Positions 10,954 to 21,348 of a stretch of DNA of 64,000 bases are shown here, in pieces. Numbering within the stretch: the stretch's first letter is position 1; each line of letters starts with the position of its first letter. A program made the position numbers and the translations under genes. The notes below the pieces were generated by a model that worked only from the letters and a program-made list of their open reading frames with translations, was not told where the DNA came from and made no database searches. Source of the stretch: Candidatus Kapaibacterium sp. (GTDB lineage: Bacteria; Bacteroidota; Ignavibacteria; Kapaibacteriales; NICIL-2); NCBI GenBank assembly GCA_025055755.1, contig JANWWF010000004.1, positions 810-64,809 of the forward strand. Reading direction: 5' to 3'.

Positions 10954-13776
10954 ATGAAAGCTTTCTCCAGCGCAACTGCACTCTTTCCCTTTTTGGCATT
11001 TCTGCTTTTTGCCCAGCCTTCTCCCATTCCCCAGGACCCCGCACTCCGCAGTGGCAAGCTCTCGAACGGATTGCGATACTTTCTCCTGCCCCACAAAATG
11101 CCTGCTCAGCGGCTTTGGATTATGCTCTCCGTAGGGGCAGGATCCATGGAAGAAGATGACGACCAGCGCGGACTGGCACACTTTGTCGAGCATATGGGCT
11201 TCAACGGAACCCGCCACTTCCCGAAGCAACAGCTTATAGAAACCCTTGAGTCATTCGGCATGCGCTTTGGGGCGGACTTGAATGCATTCACCGGCTATGA
11301 AAGCACCAACTATATTCTCCAAGTGCCCTCTGATCGCCCTGATGCTCTTGACACTGCACTTCTAATCCTCCTCGATTGGGCAACAGGGATACAGCTGGAT
11401 TCCCTCGAATTTGAGAAGGAGCGACCAGTCATTATCGAAGAGTGGCGATTGGGAAAAGGGGCAGAGGACCGCATGTGGCAGAAGCAGGCACCAATTGTGT
11501 ACCAAGGCACGCGCTACGCCGACCGCGATCCAATAGGCGATACTGCTGTGCTACTTCGTGCCCCTCTGGAAGCTGCCCTCCGGTACTACCGCACCTGGTA
11601 TCGCCCCGACTTGATTGATATCATCGCTGTCGGCGATGCGGAGATGGAGCAGGTAGAGCGTAAAATCCGCCAGTTGTTTGATACGATAGCTTCTTCTTCT
11701 ATTCGCCCGCGTCAGCGGGAGCTGTTGCCCATTCTTGCACAGCCTATCGTCGCTGTTGCTGCAGACCCTGAAGCAATGTTGACCCAAGTGCAGTTCACTC
11801 TCCGCTTGCCTTATACCCCGCCGCGCACTCTCGATGACTGGCGTCAGAACCTGATAGAACGGCTGCTGGCAGAGATCATCGACGCTGAACTGGAAGAACG
11901 AATCAAGCAACCGAATCCACCCTGTCGCTTTATCAGTACAAGCCTAAGGAAATCGACCGGTGGCCGCCGGGAGCTGAGTTTTAGCGCTCTTCTTGTTGTG
12001 CCAGGAGGCATTGAATCTGCTCTTTGCATGGTAGGCACCGAAATTGAACGCGCTCGTCAGCACCGCTTCACTCAATCGCAGTTGGATCAAGCCCGCCAGA
12101 AGCTACTCCGAGAGTACGAACGCCAGTGGACAAACCGCAATAAGGAGGAAAGTGAAAATCTGCTTTTTGAGTTGTGGAGAAAAATTGAGGCTGACGAGGT
12201 ACCCACCAGCCCAGAATTCCGCTACAAGTCTGCCCAAGCAATTTTGCCGACGGTGACACTCGAGGAGTTAGAGCAGACAAAAGCACAGCTTTTACGCCGG
12301 GAGGGGACTGTGGTGATCGTCTCGTCGGAGGAAAACAAAGACGTTCCGCCACCGACCGAGGACCGTATCCGTGCTCTTCTTGATTCGATCGCTTCTGTTG
12401 CCCATCCACCATACCAGGAGGTTGCAGTACCACAGACACTGCTTGAGTCGCCTCCAAAACCAGGCACAATTCGCAGTGAAAAGACTCTCCCCCGCAGTGG
12501 AATACGCCTGTGGACCCTTTCCAACGGTATTCGCGTGGTGCTTAAGCCAACAACCAACAGCGACGATGAATTCCACATTCGCCTATTCCGTTCAGGCGGC
12601 CATTCTCTTGCCAGCGATGCCGATTTTCCCTCGGCATACTTTGCAGCGGAGATTGCGGCTGAATGTGGCGTTGGGCGTTTCTCACTGGTAGAAATCGAGC
12701 GCTTCTTGAAGGGGAAGATTGTAAAAGTCAGTCCTTTCATCCGCGAACTGCTCGAGGGCATAGAAGGGAGCGCTTCGTGGAAGGATGCAAAGACGCTTTT
12801 CGAGTTGCTGTACCTTCATGTAACCGCTCCCCGTTTCGACAGCAGCTGTTTTGCCAGCTTTCTAGCAAAGAACACAGCTTATTACGAAAATTTGAGCCGT
12901 CTTCCCGATCTACGATTCTACGATACGCTCGAGTGGGCAGCAGTTAGCTACCACCCGCGGCGTCAACCCATAGGAACTGCCTTGCTCAATGCCATCAGGC
13001 TCGACCGCGCAGCAGCATTCTACCGTGCTCGATTCCAGGACATGGCAGGTGCAACAGTAATCATCGTCGGACGATTTGATCCCGACTCCCTTCGCCCATT
13101 GGTCGAGCGCTATCTGGCAAGCTTACCTGCCCGCCGCATCACCCATCGCTGGCGCGACCGTGGCATCCGCTTTATCCGTGACACCGCTTGGCGATATATC
13201 TACGCTGGCATCGAACCAAAAAGTTATGTCAATCTGCGATTATTCGGCACTACGGTGCGTCCGACGCTGCGCGAGGAAATCGCTGCTCAGCTCCTACAGT
13301 ACGTGCTCGATCGTCGCATAATGGAGATTGTGCGAGAAGAGAAGGGCGCCAGCTACTCCCCTGGAGCAAGCGTTAGGATTCTCCGTCGTCCTGAGCTGCA
13401 GCCGATTGTGAACATGTTCGCTTCGTGTGCACCGGATAGTGTGCAGGAGGTTCTGAAAACGTTCTGGAGCATTGCTGACACATTGGGTACCGCACCGCCG
13501 GACACAGCGCGCCTGGCACAAGGAAAGGTAATTCTCCTCCGCGAGCATGAGCGCGCACTCCAGGCTGACCGGCAAATCCTCGGTAAGCTCACGGAGGCGT
13601 ACTGGTATGGTGATGATCCCGAGCAGTGGCTGCTGGCGTATCCAGCTGTGGTGCGGTCGGTGAGTGCCTCGGAAGTCCGCGATCTTGCTCGCCGATACCT
13701 TTCGCGTTCGCGCTGGCTTGCCTGCGTGCTTATGCCAGTATCTCTTCCGCCACAGGCAACCGGACACGGTAAATAA
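10954..13776 (+). CDS. M16 family (pitrilysin/insulinase-like) zinc peptidase, both halves fused, secreted
   Basis: Signal peptide, inverted zincin motif HFVEHMGFNG (HxxEH), 940 aa. Confidence 0.8.
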   Translation: MKAFSSATALFPFLAFLLFAQPSPIPQDPALRSGKLSNGLRYFLLPHKMPAQRLWIMLSVGAGSMEEDDDQRGLAHFVEHMGFNGTRHFPKQQLIETLESFGMRFGADLNAFTGYESTNYILQVPSDRPDALDTALLILLDWATGIQLDSLEFEKERPVIIEEWRLGKGAEDRMWQKQAPIVYQGTRYADRDPIGDTAVLLRAPLEAALRYYRTWYRPDLIDIIAVGDAEMEQVERKIRQLFDTIASSSIRPRQRELLPILAQPIVAVAADPEAMLTQVQFTLRLPYTPPRTLDDWRQNLIERLLAEIIDAELEERIKQPNPPCRFISTSLRKSTGGRRELSFSALLVVPGGIESALCMVGTEIERARQHRFTQSQLDQARQKLLREYERQWTNRNKEESENLLFELWRKIEADEVPTSPEFRYKSAQAILPTVTLEELEQTKAQLLRREGTVVIVSSEENKDVPPPTEDRIRALLDSIASVAHPPYQEVAVPQTLLESPPKPGTIRSEKTLPRSGIRLWTLSNGIRVVLKPTTNSDDEFHIRLFRSGGHSLASDADFPSAYFAAEIAAECGVGRFSLVEIERFLKGKIVKVSPFIRELLEGIEGSASWKDAKTLFELLYLHVTAPRFDSSCFASFLAKNTAYYENLSRLPDLRFYDTLEWAAVSYHPRRQPIGTALLNAIRLDRAAAFYRARFQDMAGATVIIVGRFDPDSLRPLVERYLASLPARRITHRWRDRGIRFIRDTAWRYIYAGIEPKSYVNLRLFGTTVRPTLREEIAAQLLQYVLDRRIMEIVREEKGASYSPGASVRILRRPELQPIVNMFASCAPDSVQEVLKTFWSIADTLGTAPPDTARLAQGKVILLREHERALQADRQILGKLTEAYWYGDDPEQWLLAYPAVVRSVSASEVRDLARRYLSRSRWLACVLMPVSLPPQATGHGK

Positions 13777-13907
13777 TTCGATGCGGACGGCATCCAGTAG
13801 GGTGTGTTAAGCGAGAACAACGGTTCGTAAGTTTGCGCTTTGTGTGCAGGGCACTCCCCTGGACGCGGGAGCTGCACAGGGATGTTCATTCACTTGTGAG
13901 TTTGTTC

Positions 13908-15368
13908 ATGGCACCAAACGACAAAATCGCGGTTACGCTTATCCCGGGCGATGGCATAGGTCCAGAGTGTATCGAGAGTGCACGCCGCATTATTGACGCT
14001 GCTGGAGCTGGCATTGAATGGGAAGTCTGCGAAGCGGGTGAGAGCGTGTTCAAAAAGGGCATTCCTTCGGGAGTCCCCAAAGAAACAATTGACTCCATCC
14101 ACCGCACGCGGTGCGTGTTCAAAGGTCCACTGGGAACACCGGTCGGTTATGGCGAAAAGTCGGCGAACGTCACGCTCCGCAAGCTATTTGAAACGTTTGC
14201 GAATGTTCGTCCCGTCCGCGAAATGCCCGGTGTGCCGACTCCTTATAGCGGCCGCGGCATTGACTTGGTGGTGGTCCGTGAAAACGTCGAGGACCTCTAC
14301 GCCGGCATCGAGCACATGCAAACGCCTGGCGTTGCGCAGTGTCTCAAGCTCATCAGCCGCAAAGGAAGCGAGAAAGTCATTCGCTTGGCGTTCGAGCTTG
14401 CTCGTGCGGAAGGACGCCGAAGCGTTGCCTGTGCCACCAAATCCAACATCATGAAGCTGACCGAAGGAACATTCAAGCGTACCTTCGAACGGGTTGCCCA
14501 AGAGTATCCCGATATCCAAGCATGGCACGTCATCGTGGACAATTGCGCACACCAGCTTGTCAAAAAGCCTGAGCAGTTTGACGTTATCGTTACCACAAAC
14601 ATGAATGGGGACATTCTGTCGGACTTGACCAGTGCGCTCATCGGTGGATTAGGCTTTGCACCCAGTGCCAATTTGGGCAACGAAGTTGCGATCTTCGAAG
14701 CCGTTCATGGCACCGCACCGAAGTATGCCGGCAAGAATGTTATTAACCCCACGGCGGTTATCATGAGTGGGATTTTGATGCTGCGCTACTTAGGCAAGTT
14801 CGAGGCAGCAACGCTTGTGGAAAATGCGCTCCTGGTCACCCTTGAGGAAGGAAAGTACCGCACTGGGGACGTTGTCGGCTATGATAGCGGTCTTGCTGCC
14901 ACCACAACTCAGTACACTGATGCGATCATTGCCAATCTCGGGAAAGTACCACAGCGCACCCCGGTGCGGCAATACAAGCCACTTTCGATTCCTCGGTTGC
15001 CTTCCGACCCGGTAATGGTGCGTCCCTCATCGCGGCGAGTAGTGGGCGTGGACATTTTCATCGAAAGTCCCCTGTTGCCTGCCGAGCTTGGACCATCGCT
15101 TGAGCAGCTTACCGAGGGAACGGCACTCAAGCTCAAGATGGTCTCCAATCGCGGCACACAAGTCTATCCCGACAAGGGCACCATCATTGACTGCGTGGAC
15201 CACTATCGCTGTCGCTTTATTGCCCGCGATCCCGCTGCGGACTTGCGCGATGAAGACCTCTACCAGCTCATTGAGCGAGTGGCAACGGCTCACCGCTGGG
15301 TGCACATCGAAAAGCTCCAGGAATTCGACGGCGAACCTGGCTTTACCAAAGCCCAGGGCGAAGACTAA
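13908..15368 (+). CDS. icd: isocitrate dehydrogenase, isocitrate/isopropylmalate DH family, with about 130-aa C-terminal extension
   Basis: IPGDGIGPE start, NMNGDILSDL, GLGFAPSANLG, HGTAPKYAGK. Family assignment is solid. Isocitrate specificity is inferred. Confidence 0.7.
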   Translation: MAPNDKIAVTLIPGDGIGPECIESARRIIDAAGAGIEWEVCEAGESVFKKGIPSGVPKETIDSIHRTRCVFKGPLGTPVGYGEKSANVTLRKLFETFANVRPVREMPGVPTPYSGRGIDLVVVRENVEDLYAGIEHMQTPGVAQCLKLISRKGSEKVIRLAFELARAEGRRSVACATKSNIMKLTEGTFKRTFERVAQEYPDIQAWHVIVDNCAHQLVKKPEQFDVIVTTNMNGDILSDLTSALIGGLGFAPSANLGNEVAIFEAVHGTAPKYAGKNVINPTAVIMSGILMLRYLGKFEAATLVENALLVTLEEGKYRTGDVVGYDSGLAATTTQYTDAIIANLGKVPQRTPVRQYKPLSIPRLPSDPVMVRPSSRRVVGVDIFIESPLLPAELGPSLEQLTEGTALKLKMVSNRGTQVYPDKGTIIDCVDHYRCRFIARDPAADLRDEDLYQLIERVATAHRWVHIEKLQEFDGEPGFTKAQGED

Positions 15369-15407
15369 GCTACATCGCCGGTTTATCGCAACATCGCCGA
15401 AATAACG

Positions 15408-15448
15408 CACGAGCGCGGAGACCAGATGCTCCGCGCTCGTGGTTTTTT
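15408..15448 (+). terminator. rho-independent terminator after icd
   Basis: Stem CACGAGCGCGGAG / CTCCGCGCTCGTG with 8-nt loop, followed by TTTTTT. Sits between convergent icd and dnaK. Confidence 0.6.
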
Positions 15449-15474
15449 CGCCCAGTTTAGGGTTGATAGTCGCG

Positions 15475-17376
15475 TTACTTGTCGTCCACAACGGTAAACT
15501 CGGCGTCTTCGACGCCCGGTGTGCTGGATGCACCGCCGTCGCTTCCGCGAGCACCGCTTGTCGTAGATGAGGCACTGGTCGCCTGATACATCGCCGCGCT
15601 GGCGTCGTTCCACGCCTTTGTCAGCGCGTCCATTGCGGGACGAATATCGCTCGGGTTGTTCTTGATTGCATCGCTGAGACGTTCTTTCGCCTGCTCAAGA
15701 CGGGTGCGATGTTCCGCCGGAATCTTATCGCCAAACTCCCGAAGTTGCTTTTCGGTTTGATAGACAAGCTGATCGGCTTGGTTGCGCAGCTCGACTTCCT
15801 CCCGCCGTTTCTTGTCCTCTGCCGCGTGTTCTTGCGCTTCTCGTTTCATGCGTTCGATTTCTTCCCTGCTCAAGCCTGACGATGCAGTGATGCGAATGTC
15901 CTGCTGCTTTCCAGTTGCTTTGTCGCGAGCAGTAACTGTGAGGATGCCGTTCGCATCAATGTCGAAGGTCACCTCGATTTGCGGCACACCGCGCGGCGCA
16001 GGAGGAATACCGTCGAGATGGAACCGCCCAAGCGAGCGGTTGTCGCGTGCCATCGGGCGTTCGCCCTGGAGCACGTGAATTTCCACTGAGGTTTGGTTGT
16101 CCGTTGCTGTGGAGAAGATTTCCGTCTTCCGCGTTGGGATGGTGGTATTCGCCGGAATCATCGGCGTCATCACACCACCGAGCGTTTCGATCCCGAGTGT
16201 CAGCGGAGTGACATCGAGCAGGAGCACATCGGTCACTTCACCAGCAAGGACTGCTCCTTGAATTGCTGCACCGACGGCAACGACTTCGTCCGGATTGACG
16301 CTCTTCGATGGCTCTTTGCCGAAGAAATTCCGCACCAGCTCTTGGATCCGCGGAATGCGGGTAGAGCCACCGACGAGAATGACTTCGTCGATCTTGTCCG
16401 GCGTCAATTTAGCCGCTTGGAGCGCTTGCTCGCATGGCTTGAGCGTTCGCTCGAACAAATCGTTGCATAGCTGCTCGAATTTTGCCCGCGTGATGGTCAT
16501 TTGCAGGTGCTTTGGACCATCCGCTGTTGCGGTGATAAACGGCAGGTTGATTTCAGTCTGCAGCATTTGCGACAGCTCGATCTTGGCTTTTTCTGCTGCC
16601 TCGCGGAGCCGCTGCAGTGCCATCGGATCGTTGCGCAGATCAATGCCTTCCTGCCGCTTGAATTCGTCAGCGATGTAGTCGATCAAGCGTTGATCGAAGT
16701 TGTCGCCGCCCAGGTGCGTATCACCGCTGGTTGCTTTGACCTCGAAGACGCCTTCGCCAATTTCAAGGATCGAAATGTCGAACGTCCCGCCGCCTAAGTC
16801 ATAGACGGCAACGGTCATCGTGCGACCGCGCTTGTCAAGCCCGTAGGCAAGTGCTGCTGCTGTCGGCTCATTGATAATCCGGCGGACGTTGAGTCCTGCG
16901 ATTTCCCCTGCTTCTTTTGTCGCTTGCCGTTGGGCATCGTTGAAGTATGCGGGAACTGTGATCACCGCATCGGTGACCTTTTGCCCCAGGTAATCCTCGG
17001 CGGTTTGCTTCATTTTCTGGAGAATCATCGCCGAGATTTCCGGTGGAGCATACAGGCGTCCTTCGATCTCCACGCGGACGGTGCCACCATCGGGACCGGG
17101 GACAACCTTATAGGGCACCATCTTCGCTTCTTCGGTGACCTCGTCCCACCGGCGCCCCATGAAGCGCTTGATCGAGTAGATGGTGTTGCGGGGGTTGGTA
17201 ATTGCTTGCCGCTTTGCCGCTTGTCCGACAAGACGCTCACCCGTTTTGGTAAACGCCACAACCGATGGTGTCGTTCGGCTTCCTTCGCTGTTGGCAATGA
17301 CGACGGGCTGCGTGCCCTCCATTACCGCGACAACAGAGTTTGTCGTTCCTAAATCAATGCCAATGATTTTGCCCAT
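15475..17376 (-). CDS. dnaK: molecular chaperone DnaK (Hsp70)
   Basis: [21 protein letters not shown] start, full Hsp70 signature set, 633 aa. Confidence 0.95.
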   Translation of the reverse strand: MGKIIGIDLGTTNSVVAVMEGTQPVVIANSEGSRTTPSVVAFTKTGERLVGQAAKRQAITNPRNTIYSIKRFMGRRWDEVTEEAKMVPYKVVPGPDGGTVRVEIEGRLYAPPEISAMILQKMKQTAEDYLGQKVTDAVITVPAYFNDAQRQATKEAGEIAGLNVRRIINEPTAAALAYGLDKRGRTMTVAVYDLGGGTFDISILEIGEGVFEVKATSGDTHLGGDNFDQRLIDYIADEFKRQEGIDLRNDPMALQRLREAAEKAKIELSQMLQTEINLPFITATADGPKHLQMTITRAKFEQLCNDLFERTLKPCEQALQAAKLTPDKIDEVILVGGSTRIPRIQELVRNFFGKEPSKSVNPDEVVAVGAAIQGAVLAGEVTDVLLLDVTPLTLGIETLGGVMTPMIPANTTIPTRKTEIFSTATDNQTSVEIHVLQGERPMARDNRSLGRFHLDGIPPAPRGVPQIEVTFDIDANGILTVTARDKATGKQQDIRITASSGLSREEIERMKREAQEHAAEDKKRREEVELRNQADQLVYQTEKQLREFGDKIPAEHRTRLEQAKERLSDAIKNNPSDIRPAMDALTKAWNDASAAMYQATSASSTTSGARGSDGGASSTPGVEDAEFTVVDDK

Positions 17377-17613
17377 TGCACTTTCGCAAAAGAAAGTTTT
17401 ACATCTACCTAATTCTCCGTACAGGAATCATGCCAATGCACAAACCGCAGCCAGTATGACAGAAAAACGTGGCATTTTTTCGGCACTTGTGCAGCTTGGC
17501 AGAGTTGTGGCAGGATTTCTATCTTTTCTGGGGGGAAAGAAGGGCAGCAAGCTTGGATATGATAATGCAATGCCACAAGCTCGTTCCAACAGCGCAACGC
17601 CTCAACGGTGGCT

Positions 17614-17991
17614 TTATCTTCTTCCCAGCACGCTATGACTGTCCGGCAGCTGAATCTCTGCTGCCTGACAGACGGCCCTGATGAGTGCGTCAGGAACAGT
17701 GCCAGTAGTACTGCGTTCGAGTTTCCCCAATCGCACGTGGAGGGGATCAGTTCCAACAACATCGCAGCACTGCTCGAGCACCGATTCAACCAACGCAATG
17801 AGAGCTACTTCAGACGCTTCAATAGCGCCGCGCCATCGGCAGAATTCTTCCGGCTTAGCGGTAACAATGATTGCGTGGGTACAGCAGTTGAGAATCCGTT
17901 GCGTCTTGCGATCAATTTTGCCCCCCGTATCCACCAGCACAAGACGCTTCGTCTGCTGAAGGTTGGTGATCGAGTCCTCTGCAAAGAGCTG
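17614..17991 (-). pseudogene. decayed ORF of unknown family. A TAA at 17992-17994 is in frame, preceded by a 14-codon ATG-initiated stub.
   Basis: Hand translation gives MEGRLWIISPFSTT-stop-QLFAEDSITNLQQTKRLVLVDTGGKIDRK...IIVTAKPEEF. The VLVDTGG / IIVTAKPE segment resembles the middle of ParA/MinD-type ATPases, but no Walker A region exists upstream. Confidence 0.25.
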
Positions 17992-18045
17992 TTATGTAGT
18001 GCTGAAGGGTGAGATAATCCAAAGTCTTCCTTCCATAGCAAACCA

Positions 18046-19161
18046 TCACTCCGCCACTGCCCGTATGAACATCTTGCCGGGCAATTGCCGCACCATGCCG
18101 CGGAATTCCATCATTAGCAGCGCCCCGAGCACTTCGCCAATCGACATCCCCACAGCCGCAGCGATGTCGTCCACATGCTGCGGCTCACTCGACAGTTGCT
18201 GCCAGAGCTGCTCTTCCAGCGGGGACTCAAACTGCAGGGTCGGCTGCTGCGGTGCGGCGGAGGGTTGTACGCCCAGCTCGGCAAGCAGGAGTTCGGGGCT
18301 GACGGCTGCCTGCGCTTTTTGCTGCGCTATCAGCAGATTTGTGCCCTCGCTGGTGGGCGCAAGGATGGACCCTGGCACCGCAAATAGCTCGCGTGATTGA
18401 TCGAGCGCAAACTGCGCTGTGATGAGCGAGCCTCCCGTGCGCCGGCTTTCCACTACCAGCACCGCGCGTGCGATGCCGCTAATGATGCGATTGCGCTGCG
18501 GAAAGTAGCCAGGACGGGCAACTGTGCCCAGGGGATATTCACTCAGCACTGCGCCACCGGTGCGAACAATGTGCTCGGCAAGCCGCCGCGCCGACGTTGG
18601 CGCAAGCCGATCGAGCCCCGAGCCTATGACGGCATACGTTATGCCACCTGCCTCAAGCGTGGCGGTGTGTGCAATCGAGTCAATGCCGGTGGCAAGTCCG
18701 CTGACGACAATGCAGCCAGCGCGTGCTATCTCGCTGGCAAAGCGCTCGGCACAGAGCTTGCCGTAGGTGGTGCAGCGCCGCGTACCGACGATAGCAATTG
18801 CCAGCGCATCGGCTGGCTGCAGCGTGCCCTGGACGTAGAGCACCACGGGCGGATAGGGAATCTCGCGCAGCAAAGCGGGATAGTCGTCGTCCCAGAAGGT
18901 CACTGCTCGCGCATTGAGTGCTGCTAAGCGTTCGCTGTGCTCTTGTGCGCGGCGGCGAAGTTCTTCTGGTTGCAGAGGGTCGAAAAGATGTTCCTGCCGC
19001 AGCCGCTTTTCCATGCGCGGCGGGGGATGAGCCATCGCTGCTTCGAGCGAGGGGCACTCCTCGACCGCGGTGCGGATGTCCACGCTGGCAAGTCCGCGCA
19101 CAAGGGCAAGCGCCAGAATGTCCTGCCGCGACCAGCCGTCGGGCAGTGGGGGCACTACCAT
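18046..19161 (-). CDS. dprA: DNA processing protein DprA (Smf)
   Basis: IVGTRRCTTYG, VVSGLATGIDS, RNRIISG Rossmann-like DprA core. Start chosen at the ATG at 19159-19161, which overlaps the upstream aminotransferase stop (ATGGTAG). Confidence 0.8.
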   Translation of the reverse strand: MVVPPLPDGWSRQDILALALVRGLASVDIRTAVEECPSLEAAMAHPPPRMEKRLRQEHLFDPLQPEELRRRAQEHSERLAALNARAVTFWDDDYPALLREIPYPPVVLYVQGTLQPADALAIAIVGTRRCTTYGKLCAERFASEIARAGCIVVSGLATGIDSIAHTATLEAGGITYAVIGSGLDRLAPTSARRLAEHIVRTGGAVLSEYPLGTVARPGYFPQRNRIISGIARAVLVVESRRTGGSLITAQFALDQSRELFAVPGSILAPTSEGTNLLIAQQKAQAAVSPELLLAELGVQPSAAPQQPTLQFESPLEEQLWQQLSSEPQHVDDIAAAVGMSIGEVLGALLMMEFRGMVRQLPGKMFIRAVAE

Positions 19162-20324
19162 CGGAGTGCAGCAGCATGGGCAACAAGACGCTCCGCGGCA
19201 GCGAGAAGCGTTTCCTCCCGCTTGCAGAAGGCAAAGCGCACCAGGCTGCGTCCGTGTGCAGGGTCCAGGTAGAACATCTCCAGCGGAATTGCCGCAACAC
19301 CGACGTGCTCGGCGAGCCAGCGGCACCACTGGTATCCGCTTGTGCCATTAGCAACGGTGCTAATGTCCGCGACCACGTAGTAGGCGCCTTCGGGTGGGAA
19401 CACCTTCAGCGGCGTCTGGGCAAGTGCTTCCAGCAGTACCGCACGGCGCCGTGTGTAGTCGGCTTGCAACGTGGCGAAAAACTCATCGCCCAGTCGCAAG
19501 CCCTCGGCAATAGCGTACTGGAAAGGAGTTGCGCTGGCAAAGGTGGTAAATTGATGTACGCGGCGAATTGCAGTGATCAGCGGCTCCGGTCCGATTGCCC
19601 AGCCACACTTCCAGCCCGTTGCGGCAAATGTCTTGGCGCCGCTGGAGATGGTGATGGTCCGCTCTGCCATGCCGTCGAGTGTGGCAAGCCGAATGTGCCT
19701 GTGGGGCGCAAAGACAATGTGCTCATAGACCTCGTCGGCAATGGCAACCAGGTCATGTTCGATGCAGAGCTGGGCGATTGCAGCAAGTTCCTCGGGCGAA
19801 AAGACGCGTCCGGTAGGGTTGTGTGGCGTGTTGACGATGATTGCCCGGGTGCGCGGGCTCACAGCGGCACGGAGAGCATCCGGGTCGAGCCGAAAATCGG
19901 GGGGCTGGAGCACCACGGGCACAGGCACAGCTCGCACCATGCGGATATCGGGCACATACACATCGAATGTTGGCTCCAGCACAATCACCTCGTCGCCCGG
20001 CCCGACGACCGCTTGGACGGCGCACCAGAGCGCCTCGCTGGCACCACAGGTGACGCATACATTGCAGTCGGGATCAATGTGCTGTCCATACCAGCGGGCG
20101 GCATGCTCGGCAATTGCCTGGCGCAGCGCAGGCTCGCCGTGGGAGATAGCGTATTGGTTATGGCCCTCTTCTATCGCGCGGCAGGCAGCAGCCATTAGGG
20201 TTGCGGGGGGATCGAAATCGGGAAAGCCTTGTCCGAGATTGATTGCCCCCACCGACTGTGCCAATGCCGACATCTCCGAAAAAATCGAGCTGCCAAACTC
20301 AGCAACAACGCCAGAAATGCGCAT
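19155..20324 (-). CDS. class I/II PLP aminotransferase (YbdL or kynurenine-aminotransferase-like)
   Basis: INLGQGFPDF, NPTGRVF and SGAKTF (lysine site) motifs. Probable start MRISGVVAEF. Confidence 0.8.
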   Translation of the reverse strand: MRISGVVAEFGSSIFSEMSALAQSVGAINLGQGFPDFDPPATLMAAACRAIEEGHNQYAISHGEPALRQAIAEHAARWYGQHIDPDCNVCVTCGASEALWCAVQAVVGPGDEVIVLEPTFDVYVPDIRMVRAVPVPVVLQPPDFRLDPDALRAAVSPRTRAIIVNTPHNPTGRVFSPEELAAIAQLCIEHDLVAIADEVYEHIVFAPHRHIRLATLDGMAERTITISSGAKTFAATGWKCGWAIGPEPLITAIRRVHQFTTFASATPFQYAIAEGLRLGDEFFATLQADYTRRRAVLLEALAQTPLKVFPPEGAYYVVADISTVANGTSGYQWCRWLAEHVGVAAIPLEMFYLDPAHGRSLVRFAFCKREETLLAAAERLVAHAAALRW

Positions 20325-20446
20325 CGCTCGTCTTGATGGCTGTGTGGTTGTATGCAAAGTTAGGTGGCATATCGTTTGGTGCAAGCGGCAATTGTAGAGC
20401 CCGTGCCGTAGATTTGCCACTGAGCGTTACACTCCCCAGAAGTATG

Positions 20447-20806
20447 CCCATGCTCGAGCAGTATGTTCCCGTGCTGGTGATGATGGCACTTGGGTTGTTT
20501 TTCGGCATCGTCAATGTGCTCATTGCCGAGTACATCGGACCTCGCCGCGCAACACGGGAGAAAAATTCCACCTACGAATCCGGTATGGAACCATTCAAGA
20601 CGGCACGGGAACGCTTTTCGGTCAAGTTCTACATGGTTGCCATGCTGTTTATCTTGTTTGACATCGAGATTGTGTTCATGTATCCCTGGGCAATCCAGGT
20701 GCGGAACTTAGGCGCCATTGGCTTTGTTGCGATGGTGTTGTTTATGGTGTTGCTTTTTGCTGGCTACGTGTACATCGTCAAAAAAGGAGCACTGTCATGG
20801 GAGTGA
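20447..20806 (+). CDS. nuoA: NADH-quinone oxidoreductase subunit A
   Basis: 119 aa, ESGMEPF and [12 protein letters not shown] motifs. Confidence 0.85.
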   Translation, partial: PMLEQYVPVLVMMALGLFFGIVNVLIAEYIGPRRATREKNSTYESGMEPFKTARERFSVKFYMVAMLFILFDIEIVFMYPWAIQVRNLGAIGFVAMVLFMVLLFAGYVYIVKKGALSWE

Positions 20807-21348
20807 TTAATCCTCTTGCCAACGGTGGCTTTCTGACCACGACGGTCGAAGCAGCCATCAACTGGGCGCAGGCGAATTCGCTGTGGCCAATGCCGCTGGG
20901 CATATCGTGCTGCGGCATTGAGATGATGGCGTTTGCGGCATCGCGCTTCGATGTCGCCCGCTTCGGTTCCGAGAAGATGGGCTTTACCCCACGCCAATCG
21001 GACCTGTTGATTGTTGCAGGCACAGTGACCTATAAGATGGCGTGGGTGGTCCGCAAGATTTACGATCAAATGCCCGATCCGAAGTGGGTGATTTCGATGG
21101 GTGTGTGTGCCTCCACTGGTGGGATGTTCCGCAGCTACTCGGTCGTGCAGGGCATAGACCAGTTCATTCCGGTGGATGTGTACGTGTCGGGTTGTCCGCC
21201 GCGCCCCGAAGCGCTCATCAAGGCGCTGATGACCATCCAGGAGAAAATTAAGCGGACCCGTCCGATTCTGATTGATTCGGAGGCAACGCCCGTCGAAGCC
21301 ATCGAAGTTGAGCGCACGCCGAGCGGCTTGCTGGTACCGGCGCAGTAG
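20797..21348 (+). CDS. nuoB: NADH-quinone oxidoreductase subunit B
   Basis: [30 protein letters not shown] (N2 Fe-S cluster ligands). Confidence 0.9.
   Translation: MGVINPLANGGFLTTTVEAAINWAQANSLWPMPLGISCCGIEMMAFAASRFDVARFGSEKMGFTPRQSDLLIVAGTVTYKMAWVVRKIYDQMPDPKWVISMGVCASTGGMFRSYSVVQGIDQFIPVDVYVSGCPPRPEALIKALMTIQEKIKRTRPILIDSEATPVEAIEVERTPSGLLVPAQ

Noticed and set aside
17377-17500. Search for a CIRCE (HrcA) element upstream of dnaK
   Set aside because: No TTAGCACTC-N9-GAGTGCTAA-like inverted repeat present. A TGGCAC-N5-TTGCA-like sequence occurs, but on the strand opposite to dnaK, so it is not a dnaK sigma-54 promoter.
17664-17697. CUGAUGAG-containing hairpin reminiscent of a hammerhead ribozyme core
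   Set aside because: No adjacent GAAA, no stem III or cleavage-site context, and it lies inside the decayed ORF. Judged coincidental.
18918-20198. 426-aa plus-strand ORF
   Set aside because: Lies entirely antisense to the aminotransferase and dprA genes. The product is Arg/Ala/Gly-rich low complexity typical of antisense frames in GC-rich DNA, with no family resemblance.
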